From NCBI GenBank assembly GCA_032718475.1, contig JAUCBJ010001928.1, forward strand, positions 7,266 to 71,265: DNA of 64,000 nt, in the 5' to 3' direction. Of this stretch, positions 1 through 10,013 are shown one piece after another. How positions within the stretch are numbered: position 1 is the stretch's first letter; the number at the start of each line of letters is the position of its first letter. This DNA is from Nemertoderma westbladi (taxonomy: Eukaryota; Animalia; Xenacoelomorpha). The position numbers and the translations under genes were made by a program. The notes under the pieces are model-generated. The model was not told where the DNA came from. It saw only the letters and a list, made by a program, of their open reading frames with translations, and made no database searches.

Positions 1-459
1 ATGGCGATATCTCAGACCATTAATATAAGCAAAGCTCTTATTATTAATTACATCACGATTGAGAGTTGTCACAAATTGAATACTGTAGTGATATCAATAT
101 AATTAGACCCAAAGACTTGTCACTATACGTTTCCCCTAAAGGGAAACACAATCACCAGACTTGAGTCCTTACATAATTAATTAGTCAGTCAGTTACTTGT
201 TATACTGTGTTGTCACGCCCTCCCGGTATCGTATCTCAGTCAAATACAATAGATATCAAATGCCGTATCGAAACAAATAAGTTATATAGCAAATCAATAC
301 ATGGGAAGGAAACAAAGGGGAACTAATCGATACAGTGAGCGGCCCTCGGTGACAGGTACACTTGTAATTAAAAGCCCACAGTGCATGGAATCTCTGCGTA
401 GTTGCAAAAGAGTCAAATTGAAATGATATGAAATTGAGATTGAAAGAACATATTTTACT

Positions 460-800
460 AAAAGCGCTAACAGATAGTCTTAGCGGGAGACAATCTGGGT
501 CGCATTTCTTGGTTGAAGTACCGGTAATTCAAGCTTATCTAAAAGAAACATAATTTTTATTCCACTGAATGGGCATGCAACACATTTGTTGCAGCCGTTT
601 GATGTTGCTGTTTTCTGTGGAGTAAAACGTGAATGGAAAGTCATCATGAGTGTTGGAGAAAAGAGGTAAGCTATTCTAAAGTATTCCAAAGAATCAGTTT
701 CCAGGTATGTTAGCATGATTATGGATGAAGCTTACATAAAAAAAAACCCTGCATACAGGAATTCGTGCTTCCGGCATTTATCCTCCAAACCCAAATAAGG
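460..800 (+). pseudogene. Degraded pogo/Tigger-like (DDE_1) transposase remnant
   Basis: Manual translation gives IVLAGDNLG, IPLNGHATHLLQPFDVAVF, SIPKNQFPGMLA*LW and GIRASGIYP, in the order expected for pogo-type DDD transposases; interrupted by stops and frameshifts. Boundaries approximate. Confidence 0.65.
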
Positions 801-1215
801 TTTTGAAGCGACTACCCCGTGAGATACCAAATGCAGAGACGCAAAACTCAGTACTCAACATCGCTACTATAAAAGTGTTGAAATCGTCGTTGAATACAGA
901 GCAGTGCAGTGGGCTGACAGCAGCAGCTGGTTCCACCAACTCTCACTAACAAGTTAGTGCCACTAACCGCTTAGGGTGGTGTTAGTGGCACTAAGATAAG
1001 TGGCACTTAATTTAACTGTCCCACCACGACCACTAACACTAACCCTATGCTTAGTGGCACTTACTGCCTCCCTAAAAGCCGCACTAAGCTTATTTTATTT
1101 CAAACAAAGCTGTTTCCTGGGTGATTTATCATAATCATTAAAAATACATATTAATATGCAACATCAACTTTTGTATTTTTGCAAAAGTTTTTACCAATGA
1201 CCTTATTTACACTTT

Positions 1216-2323
1216 TTGCAGGCAGGAGTTCAAAAGGGTCGCTCATGCTACGAACATATACTGGCAATACGTTTGTTGATAGACTATGTGAGGGCTAAGA
1301 AAGTGAAATTATTTATATTATACGTGGATTTCTCCAAAGCATACGACAGGGTATCAAGAGTAATCCTTATAAGTAAACTTATATCACTCGGATGCGGGTT
1401 AAATATGATAAACGCAATTCGCGCGGTATATAGGCATACATACCTACAGCTAAATCACACCGATATAAATGTAAGCACAGGCGTCCGCCAGGGATATCCA
1501 TCCAGTTTATTCCTGTTTACATTATATATAGATGCATTAAAATTACATTGTTTAATAACTTGTGTAGTAGTAACGATTATTTATCTACTATCCATGCCTT
1601 ACTTTTTATGGATGACACCGCTATTTTTGCCTCTACCCGTCAACGTTGTTTGCAAAAGCTACAAATTTTGTGCGATTTCTGTAAAGCACATACTATGATT
1701 ATTAATGTAGATAAAACAAAGTTTATGGTGATAAACGGTAGCCACGCAGACAGAGAACCTTTATGTGCTGAAGGCAATGTGATAAAAAATACAGATACTT
1801 ATGTGTAACTCGGGGCTATATTTACGCAGGATGGCAAATTGTCATCATGTTTGCAATACCATGCAAAAGAATGCGAGAAACATGTACGAAAATTCTCAAT
1901 TTTCTGTGCCGTTAACAGTGCCATTTCAGTTAAAACTGAAAGTGTTTAATTGTGCAATACTGGCTTCCATTTTGTATTCATCTGATACGTGGCTTTCCAC
2001 TGTAGGTAGGAAACCAATACGTAATATGTATATACGTTTGGTCAAAATCTTATTAAATGTACGAAATACAACGCCAAACTTACTATGTTTAGTGGAGTTG
2101 GGTTTAGCTGATGTTGACGCGGTAATCGATAACGCTATTAGAAAGTCGTTTCTTAAACAGATGTCAATTTGGGACGCTTCAGATCCATTGAGGCATATTT
2201 ATGACATGTGTAGAACCGAAAACACGCTCTATTATAGATTTTTGGATGGGCTTGTGAATAATCATAGGGATATAGTTAATAATAGTCGTGTAAAGGTTAA
2301 AAATAATGTACTGGAAATGGCCA

Positions 2324-2354
<31 letters not shown>

Positions 2355-3145
2355 GATATTAACACCCCGAGCGGGGTAACAGGTTATGTTTTATTTAATT
2401 AACTATTAGTATTATACAGTGTACTTTAAAATACGAAATTAAAATAATTTAAAATATAATAGGTAAAAATAATACTAAAAGGGAATAATCCGAAGACAGA
2501 ACTAGAGGCTTCCTAGAAGGGATAGGTGAGGGCAACTCGCACATCTAATCGCATGGAGCCGGTTGGAAGCAGGACCCCCGCAGTAGATACAGGTGCAGGC
2601 ATCCCCAAGTTCGTGAAATGGGGTTTTATTTCGGCATATTTTCCAATATGAAATGGCCACAATTAAAAGTAAGTTTAAAATATACACAGAGTTAAATCCC
2701 CAGTTAACTGTGCATGCAATTTACGGTAAAAGCTCATGTTACATTCCCGATTATAAACGAGTAAATGTGTCTCGTTTTAGATTGAGCTCACATCGTCTCC
2801 GCATTGAGATGGGCCGTTGGTCGCGAACCCCCCGCGAACAGCGTCTTTGCTCATGCGGCAACGACTTGCAAACTGAATTACACGTTTTACAAGATTGCCC
2901 TCGAACGGCCAATGTAAGAAACAAATACGTAGGAAGTAAATTTGATACTTTTGTAGAATTTTTTAATAACGGCGTAGATGAAATTTGCAACATAGTAACA
3001 TAAATATGTAATATTTTTCAGTGAATGGTTTATTTATTATTATTATTAGTAATATTTATTAGTGCAATAGGTGCGATCGAAATTTGATTTTACGGTGCTC
3101 ATTTTATACTGTACCTAAGATGACTAATAAAATTGACTTACAATT
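1216..3145 (+). mobile_element. 5'-truncated, frameshifted non-LTR retrotransposon (RT plus C-terminal CCHC; possibly RTE-X-like)
   Basis: VDFSKAYDRV, GVRQG, LLFMDD and INVDKTKFM motifs, then RFRLSSHRLRIEMGRW...CSCG...ELHVLQDCP, spread over ORFs 1216, 1548, 1801 and 2653; AATAAA near 3126. Confidence 0.85.
2326..2649 (-). mobile_element. Short poly(A)-tailed retroelement 3' end inserted antisense into the LINE
   Basis: Poly-T run at about 2326-2355. 15-bp TSD GAAATGGCCACAATT at 2314 and 2650. Minus-strand ORF end CIYCGGPASNRLHAIRC is CCHC-like. Confidence 0.8.
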
Positions 3146-4332
3146 GAAGACCCAGAACAATAAAATTAATGAATTCTAATTTTTGGTATTTAAGTATTAT
3201 TATTATGGGAAACATAGTATTACCCTGATAATTAGTTGAATGAAGTTACAATTAATATTGTGCGAATTATACGTATTTAAGTAGATCAAATTTATTTGTA
3301 TTAATTATTTAATATTATTAATTATATGAACCACGTTTAGATACTGTACTACTGTAAAGGTAACTCATAAATTGGACTGATTTCCTTGCCGTGATAATTT
3401 AATTATTTTGTTCGGTATTACGTATTAGCTATATTTACCTAATATTGTATAAATTGTGAATAACCATATCAGTCAATAAATATATATATATATTCATTTG
3501 GTATTTGTTATTTATATTAGTGTCGGCACTTATTTTTCTATTATCATTTGCGTAATAATAGTAGAATATTTAGTTGATGGAATCATTAGCCGTGATTTAT
3601 AATTACTACGATTATCAATACGAAGTATATTTTTAAGATATGCCGAAGGTCAATTTTATCGGTAGCCATTAATTTACTTTATGTTGTCTTACAATTATTG
3701 AACCATGTTATTTTAAATTTATTGAAAATACTCAGTGGAATTTCTATTATTATAATTAATTTTGTAATTTAAACTCGTGTCAAATTTCATTATCTTGAGT
3801 AATATGTAACTCCAATGACCTTATTTTCAACAATGTTATTGCTTATCTACAACAGGATGAGCTCAGGGTCATTTGTGTGGGCCGCAAGGATGGGAAACAT
3901 AGATACAAGCGGCTGAACAACCATAGTCGTCAAGGTAAGTCAGGTTAGGGTATCATTACGAGTAAATAGGAGAGGAGAAAGTAATAGCTGTGTTGCCGGA
4001 AAACCAGTCTATAACAGCGGCACTGACCATGACAAATGACAAGGATACTGTCGCGGAACTTCCAAAGACTAAGTCAATAAGAAGTGGCAGGCGATCTAGA
4101 GTTGCAGAAAAAAGCCTGGAAGAGCTCCATTTCGTTGTCTTGGAGAGTGAGAAGGAGAAGCTGCCCATAGAAGGCCTTGGGCGATGCAAAATAGTTTCGC
4201 TGTCACTTTTGTGAATATGTTAAATTGACAATGGAATTTAATTAATTAAACGAAACCAAAAAACACTTATAAATATGAGAGCACATGAATAAGTTTATTG
4301 ATCGTACGGAATATTCATAATATTAATAATAT

Positions 4333-4845
4333 TTACAAAATAATATAAAATACTGCTTGGATATTGAGCGATTTGTGGCCTCTGCGGTCCATAAATGCAA
4401 AACACTTTGCTTTTCCGACTGGTACCACAACATGGGTACAGTCCAATGCACCCACTATACCATGAATTCCTGTCAATCCCATAAAGCTCTCCTGTGTCCT
4501 ACACTTTTGTTCCCCTTCTGGGAACGATATGAATTTGTCAATGTTTGCAACTATATTTGGGATTACCCAGATTGCTCGACAGGCGCTGGACTTGGCCACA
4601 CCGAAACAATAACCGGTGGTAATGGGCAGTTCTTAGAAGAAGCGAAGCAAGACAACCAACCCATCTCTAAATTCTTCTAGGAGATACCTGACAGATTCCT
4701 TGTCAAACCTGTAACGTTGATAAAATTCAACATCATGGTAGACCTGGAAAGTGTTAAATCTGTCCAAAATCCGCCGTTTTGGCATTTCGTATTGTTGTCG
4801 ACGAGATTCATATAATATCAACTGACGAGCCGTCATCCGAATCAT
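4333..4845 (-). pseudogene. Harbinger (HARBI1-like) transposase N-terminal fragment
   Basis: EFYQRYRFDKESV...LLRFF*...FGVAKSSACRAI...ISFP...IVGALDCTHV...RRGHKSLNIQA; in-frame stop at 4633-4635; C-terminal part not found. Confidence 0.8.
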
Positions 4846-5053
4846 ATATAAATGGATTTCCTTTATTGTTTTTTTGTGTTAATATGGGGGTGAAATAATA
4901 GACACCGAAAATAAAAAAAAACAATGTAGTAAAGTGTATAAAGTAAAATGTATACATGTACAGTAATGTAAAGTGGAAATAATGTGTATGTAAAGTGGTG
5001 TACAGTACATACAGTATGATAGGGTTCAATCAAAACAAATGAAATATATTTGT

Positions 5054-5308
5054 AACTAGCAGGCAATACCCAAGGCATGTTACCCGATATTTCCCGCTAC
5101 CGGCATAGGCCTACTGGCGTACTGGTACCGGTATAGGCCTACTGACGTACCGGTACCGAATGTGAATTAAACTTTTCGAAAAGTGGCCTATAACGACCGC
5201 TGGTTAAAGTTATACACACATGCCAAGTTCCAGCGCAATCCCTCTGCCCGTTTTGGAGGAGTTCGAACACAGAGAGAGAGACAGAATTTGATTTTTATAG
5301 GTATAGAT
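5054..5308 (+). mobile_element. Possible Helentron-associated (HINE/DINE-like) non-autonomous element
   Basis: AACTAGC start, CATGCCAAGTT...GGAGGAGTT motif, (AG)n tract and ...TATAGAT end resemble this element class. Confidence 0.35.
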
Positions 5309-5579
5309 CAATCGCAAGTAAAAATATCCGACCAACAAAAGTAAATTCAGCAGTTAATGTAGCTTTTAGGGATATCTAGAGGTCCCTAAGCAAATCGCAC
5401 TAACGTGTTAGTGGCGCTTACAGTTAGTGAGCTTGGTGGAACAGGCGAAGTCATAAGGGTGGCTCAGGTTAGTGGCACTAAGCAGTTAGCACTAACACTA
5501 AGCGGTTAGTGAGAGTTGGTGGAACCGGCTGCAGGACAGAGCTTAACTTCACTGCTAAGGAAATGATTGCTTATTTGAT

Positions 5580-5700
5580 CTGGAATGCAATGCTATTTTG
5601 TTTATATGTATGTGTACGTGTGGGTGTTTTGCTGGTTTGAACTGGAATGCAATGCTATTTTGTTTATATGTATGTGTACGTGTGGGTGTTTTGCTGGTTT
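5580..5700. repeat. Tandem duplication, about 62 bp x2
   Basis: CTGGAATGCAATGCTATTTTG...GCTGGTTT occurs at 5580 and 5642. Confidence 0.9.
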
Positions 5701-5967
5701 TGGGTGTAGTTAGTTGGATTAACATGTGTCCTGCACGTTAGGTCAGGTCAGGTATTCTAGGTCATTGATCAAGAAAACTTGCCACCTCCATGCAGCATAA
5801 AGGAGGTGCCATGGTTCGACAACATTTGTGTCTACTGTTGACGGTGACACAGGACCATTTGAAGTGTTATGGGGCGTCCTCCAGGGAGACACACTTGCAC
5901 CATTCTTGTTCATAATTGTTGTTGACTATGTTCTACGCATGTCCTTAGATCATCATAATGATGATGG

Positions 5968-7227
5968 TGTACGCGCTTTTGAAGACCTTTAGCAGTTTAA
6001 CCTGCCAAAATTTATATGTCTTTTGGTTTATAAATGTACTTTAGAAGATGACAAATATTTAATACCAATAAACACAACATTAGCAGAAGCCAGCCTAGTG
6101 CGCGTCCATTCACCCGCTGGATATTCCCGGGAGACTGGATTCTGAGGGCTTAGATTATTATTGCAGTGAAGCTTACTGTATTGTATTATTCGATTGATCG
6201 TTAATAATTAATTTCTGACTAATATTATTTACTTTCGGGAAATATTAACAGTTCCTTTAGGACGTGGCGCTCTATCTAAGTAAACAGAGATATGACTTAT
6301 ACTAATCACAACGGTAAGTCGGTAAGGCTTAAGATTCACGTATGAGGCGCATTCTTTAGGAAATGCTTAGTTATCAATCACAATCATGCACACTACCGGT
6401 AACACACAATACTGCTCACTAATTTGCCGACCGTCAATGAATTTTATCATATATAAAGAAAACAGCAACGGACCAATGTAGTGCTTATCAAATAGCATTA
6501 AATTCACTACAAACCACAACAATATAAGTCGCAATCGCTATATATAACCCGTCTCTCTAACCTGTAGTGTATCAAGAAAATTGGGAAATTTGGGTTCTTT
6601 ATATATGTTCTCCAAATAATATTCAACCAAAACACAACAGTAAATAGCAGTATAATAATGTATGTTGAACCGATAATGTAAGACTGAAGTGAGATAAGAT
6701 ATGTGAATTGTTAAGATAACAGTTATACGCTCTATAATTTAAGCCTACTAATGTTTCTTCTAAAAGTATGAAACGAATTGACTCTAGAGCCGTTGTTCCT
6801 GGCCTAGACAGCAATAACAACAAAGTATCAAGAAAAAACAGTAAGACTGAACACTCTCCTTATGATCGACCGAAAAGCTACACGTCGACAGGAAAAATCG
6901 CTCTGATTGGCTCAAGCCAAACAAAGAACCATGCGTCCAATGGCTGTTTCCATGTCAGCAACCAGCTGTTAGATGTCGTAATATGAATCATCACGGCTAA
7001 GCTATGAAAGGTATTTGTCGCATTGCAGGTTTTTTGCCTTACCATGTCCGCTAAAACACGTATATAGCAGAATGACTTTTATGTCCGTTAAAACACCTGT
7101 AAAGGTACCTTGCGGGCGAGGGGAATATATATACAGTTAGAGGACCCCTTTTAGAGTATTCCAGCGCCTTGGGGGAAACTGGATTGCGAAGCAAAAGGGC
7201 CAGTTATATCCCACAGAAGCTTTTACA
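5968..7227 (-). repeat. 3' LTR
   Basis: Direct repeat of 23722-24981 (offset 17754); one substitution seen by eye (7170 T vs 24924 G). Confidence 0.97.
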
Positions 7228-7235
7228 CCGCTCCC
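7228..7235 (-). other. Polypurine tract
   Basis: GGGAGCGG immediately precedes the 3' LTR on the minus strand. Confidence 0.65.
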
Positions 7236-7305
7236 AGAAAATGGGATTTGAGTCTATAAAATATACAAAATCACAGTTTCTAATATACGTAAATACTCTA
7301 AACAG

Positions 7306-8307
7306 TTAGTCTTTCTTGCGCGGACGGCGTTTACGCAGTTTTTTAAAGCTAGCAAGAGTCCTTTTCTCTTTGGGGCGAGCCACTTTACAAGGAGGGCTAT
7401 AACTCCTGGGTGAAGGGTGCAATATGATTGCATCAGAGGGTGTAGGATTATGGTCGGTGTATCCGCCAGTCGAAGTACCGGGTTGATTGACATCAACGTC
7501 AGGTGAGAGGGGTCTAACGGCTTTGAGAGCTCGTTTCAAGACAGCCGCTCTTACGGGTCCTTTACGAGTGGTCTGAACGAGGGCCGTGGGTGGACCATAG
7601 GCAGTTAGAAACTTCCGGGGTTTAATGGTCCTTTCCAACTCGCGTTCGTGGGCTCGGTATTCGTAAGGCCTTCGATGTACTTCCTGCAACTCGGGGTGTG
7701 AGTTAACAAACAAGTCTCCATAGTCCGGATCCTGACGGATATAATTGATTAAGTTATAGGAATGAAGGTCGCTAGGATTAACACTCCTGAGAAATTTGCG
7801 TACGAATTTAGTTGAAATACATTCTCCGACGCGCTTCAGTAGCTCGTAACTCGATATGCGTGATTTCTGTTCAACAGAAGCGAATAGATAAGGATGGAAC
7901 GCATAAACTCCTTCGTAAGCGCGTCCGGGATAATAACGATGGCGCGAATCACAATGTAAATCAGCGTTCGCTTCCCAAGCTCTGATGTAACGTAGTGTGA
8001 TCATTTCATCTACGCTTTCCAAATCGTGATTAAAAGGGCAATCGAAACTGGCGTGTCCCTTTAGTTGACAATGGTGACATTGAGTCATAAATTGAGGGCA
8101 AACCGCAAAAACGTGCAAATTATTAAATCTGCAATACGCGCAATAAATTTCCATCGCCGGTTGTTCGTGGAAATAGGAATAGCGGATGTTTGTGTCCATG
8201 GGCGTAACATGGTCTCTCGATGCGCATAACCGACAACGTTGCCGAGAAACATAGTTGGCATGGCGATAATCGTACGCAGTGAGACACTGTGGGCGCCTTG
8301 ATACCAT
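7306..8307 (-). CDS. Cargo ORF C: tandem CCHC zinc-knuckle protein with basic C-terminus
   Basis: CRLCASRDH; CAYCRFNNLHVFAVCP; CHHCQLKGHASFDCP (C-x2-C-x4-H-x4-C); ends PSPRSYSPP...KKLRKRRPRKKD. Confidence 0.7.
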   Translation of the reverse strand: MVSRRPQCLTAYDYRHANYVSRQRCRLCASRDHVTPMDTNIRYSYFHEQPAMEIYCAYCRFNNLHVFAVCPQFMTQCHHCQLKGHASFDCPFNHDLESVDEMITLRYIRAWEANADLHCDSRHRYYPGRAYEGVYAFHPYLFASVEQKSRISSYELLKRVGECISTKFVRKFLRSVNPSDLHSYNLINYIRQDPDYGDLFVNSHPELQEVHRRPYEYRAHERELERTIKPRKFLTAYGPPTALVQTTRKGPVRAAVLKRALKAVRPLSPDVDVNQPGTSTGGYTDHNPTPSDAIILHPSPRSYSPPCKVARPKEKRTLASFKKLRKRRPRKKD

Positions 8308-10013
8308 TCTATGATGTAATCGTTATCACTGTTCCGGGGCGCGATAGGCTGAATCTCTTCAGATTCTAGACATATTGGTTCGTCTTCCAAGTGCATAGCT
8401 GAAGTGGGCGCGTCTGTCTCTTCAGGTGGACCTATTGTCTGAATTTCCACGACAGAATAACCTGTGGGGATTCGAGGTCTTTGTATAACTGAGGAGTGCA
8501 AGTTCGATATACAAATCTCTTGGAAAATGGCGAATCCAGCGCTATCCAACTTCTCTGCAGCTGAGTTTCTTAGGCTGAGTTTGGTCAAAGCGCGGTCTTT
8601 AAATTGGCTATCCACGTTGCGAAACGGGGTTAAAAATCGCCGGAAACATTCGAAACGGATGAATTTATTATGTTCATCTAGCTTAGCGAGTTTGGTCCCA
8701 AGTATTAATGGATGGGTGCGTATAGTACGACTGCACACATCGGCTAGCCAACCGGCAAGTGCGGTGTTTTCAAAGATCGTGTATATAGCTAAGGAGGGAC
8801 GGAGTGGAACACTCATGAAGCTATACACGGCGCCAGGTGCGGTCAATGGTCCATCAAAGTATAATCGAGAATAATGGTCTCCGTATACCTGTTGATAGTT
8901 AATGGGATTTCCGACTTTGAAATTCCATCCGTATTCCTGAAAGGCAAGATGTCCGATGGAAGTTCGTTGCACCTTGGTAATGTTGCTAGACGTATTAGCA
9001 TACATGGTGCGGAAGAAACCTCGACCTTCTGCCCAGGGAGCAATCAGCTGAGTATCAACGAAAGGGTATGGAATGTCCTCCATATTCCGAAAGTCGTTTT
9101 GGAGATCTCCATAAACAGCTGAGCCGATTTTAAGGATTCTTTCGTTGAACAACATCTCGAGTACGGGCTGGGGTAACATCGATCCATCGATGCCCATGGC
9201 CGGTTTGCGTTCGGTGTCAATGACGTAACGCTGCGCGAGTTCGAATTGTCCATGTCGGAGATTCTTTTGTGTTTCGGTGAGAGTTTCAAAAGAATAATCA
9301 ATCAACTCGGAACACGCTCGAGTAAACACGTGGGTAGAACCAGCTAATCCGCGGATGTGGATCATGTGCGTAGTTCCTAGCTCTCCGACCGGAACGCTAC
9401 CTTCATTATCGTAGGTGACAACTCCATACATCTCAATAACATTAAGAGTTTCATTCCACTCCTTGGTGGCATTCTCTAGGGTCATCCCTACTGGATGCCA
9501 CAAGGTGGCGCATTGGTTAGCGTCAGGGAGATCACTATACTTCATATGCCGAGTGGTATACGTCTCCACATTTCCATATCTTTGTATTTTCTCTTCTTCA
9601 AATAATACATCTAGATTCCAATGGACTAATCGAGTTTTAATAAATCCATCGAGGTTATAAGGAGGTTCTATATCTTTCTCGATTCGAGAAATGTTATATG
9701 GTTTTCTAAATGAGTTTACCTTTACTAACTGATCCAGATGTTTCTGCAATTGTTCGAGTTCGACAATGTCTAGAGGATTTATTAGTGGTAGAAACTTTAA
9801 ATCATGTGTCGGGTCTTCTGGTTTTACCATATAATATTGAGTCAGATTAACGTAATAAGGGTGGTCTTTAATCCCGTAAAACGAGTTCTGTAAAGGTCTA
9901 GCGCGTATGTTGACATCGTGTACCATACGACGGACAAGATCCGCTCGATTGTCCGGAGGTTCAACGAGTATACCGCCAACACGAGCGGCCTCGATCGGCG
10001 GACGCTGTAACAT
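8085..10013 (-). CDS. Cargo ORF B: DEDDy-family 3'-5' exonuclease-like protein
   Basis: ExoI-like VVTYDNEG; LPQPVLEMLFNERILKIGSAVYGD (ExoII-like); FVDTQLIA; SIGHLAFQEYG; PLRPSLAIYTIFE (ExoIII-like YxxxE). This is the motif order of WRN/EXD/mut-7/RNase D exonucleases. Confidence 0.7.
   Translation of the reverse strand: MLQRPPIEAARVGGILVEPPDNRADLVRRMVHDVNIRARPLQNSFYGIKDHPYYVNLTQYYMVKPEDPTHDLKFLPLINPLDIVELEQLQKHLDQLVKVNSFRKPYNISRIEKDIEPPYNLDGFIKTRLVHWNLDVLFEEEKIQRYGNVETYTTRHMKYSDLPDANQCATLWHPVGMTLENATKEWNETLNVIEMYGVVTYDNEGSVPVGELGTTHMIHIRGLAGSTHVFTRACSELIDYSFETLTETQKNLRHGQFELAQRYVIDTERKPAMGIDGSMLPQPVLEMLFNERILKIGSAVYGDLQNDFRNMEDIPYPFVDTQLIAPWAEGRGFFRTMYANTSSNITKVQRTSIGHLAFQEYGWNFKVGNPINYQQVYGDHYSRLYFDGPLTAPGAVYSFMSVPLRPSLAIYTIFENTALAGWLADVCSRTIRTHPLILGTKLAKLDEHNKFIRFECFRRFLTPFRNVDSQFKDRALTKLSLRNSAAEKLDSAGFAIFQEICISNLHSSVIQRPRIPTGYSVVEIQTIGPPEETDAPTSAMHLEDEPICLESEEIQPIAPRNSDNDYIIEWYQGAHSVSLRTIIAMPTMFLGNVVGYAHRETMLRPWTQTSAIPISTNNRRWKFIARIADLIICTFLRFALNL

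Larger units (their letters stand above)
924..5531 (-). mobile_element. PIF/Harbinger DNA transposon (defective, with nested insertions)
   Basis: TIR CAGCTGGTTCCACCAACTCTCACTAAC at 924 matches the reverse complement ending at 5531 with 1 mismatch. CAG TSD at 921-923 and 5532-5534. Subterminal TTAGTGGCACT repeats at both ends. Internal transposase remnant. Confidence 0.85.

Noticed and set aside
700-760. P-element-like motif VSMIMDEAYIKK
   Set aside because: An alternative frame fits the surrounding pogo-type motifs better.
3856-3934. Exon-like segment (cag...gtaagt) inside the Harbinger element
   Set aside because: Only 26 codons with no recognisable homology or partner exon.
6623-6986. Small ORFs duplicated at 24377-24740
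   Set aside because: They are identical only because they lie in the LTRs; no domain features.
8030-8150. Nanos-type zinc finger
   Set aside because: Spacing (C-x2-C-x4/5-H-x4-C) fits retroviral-type knuckles rather than the longer Nanos spacing.
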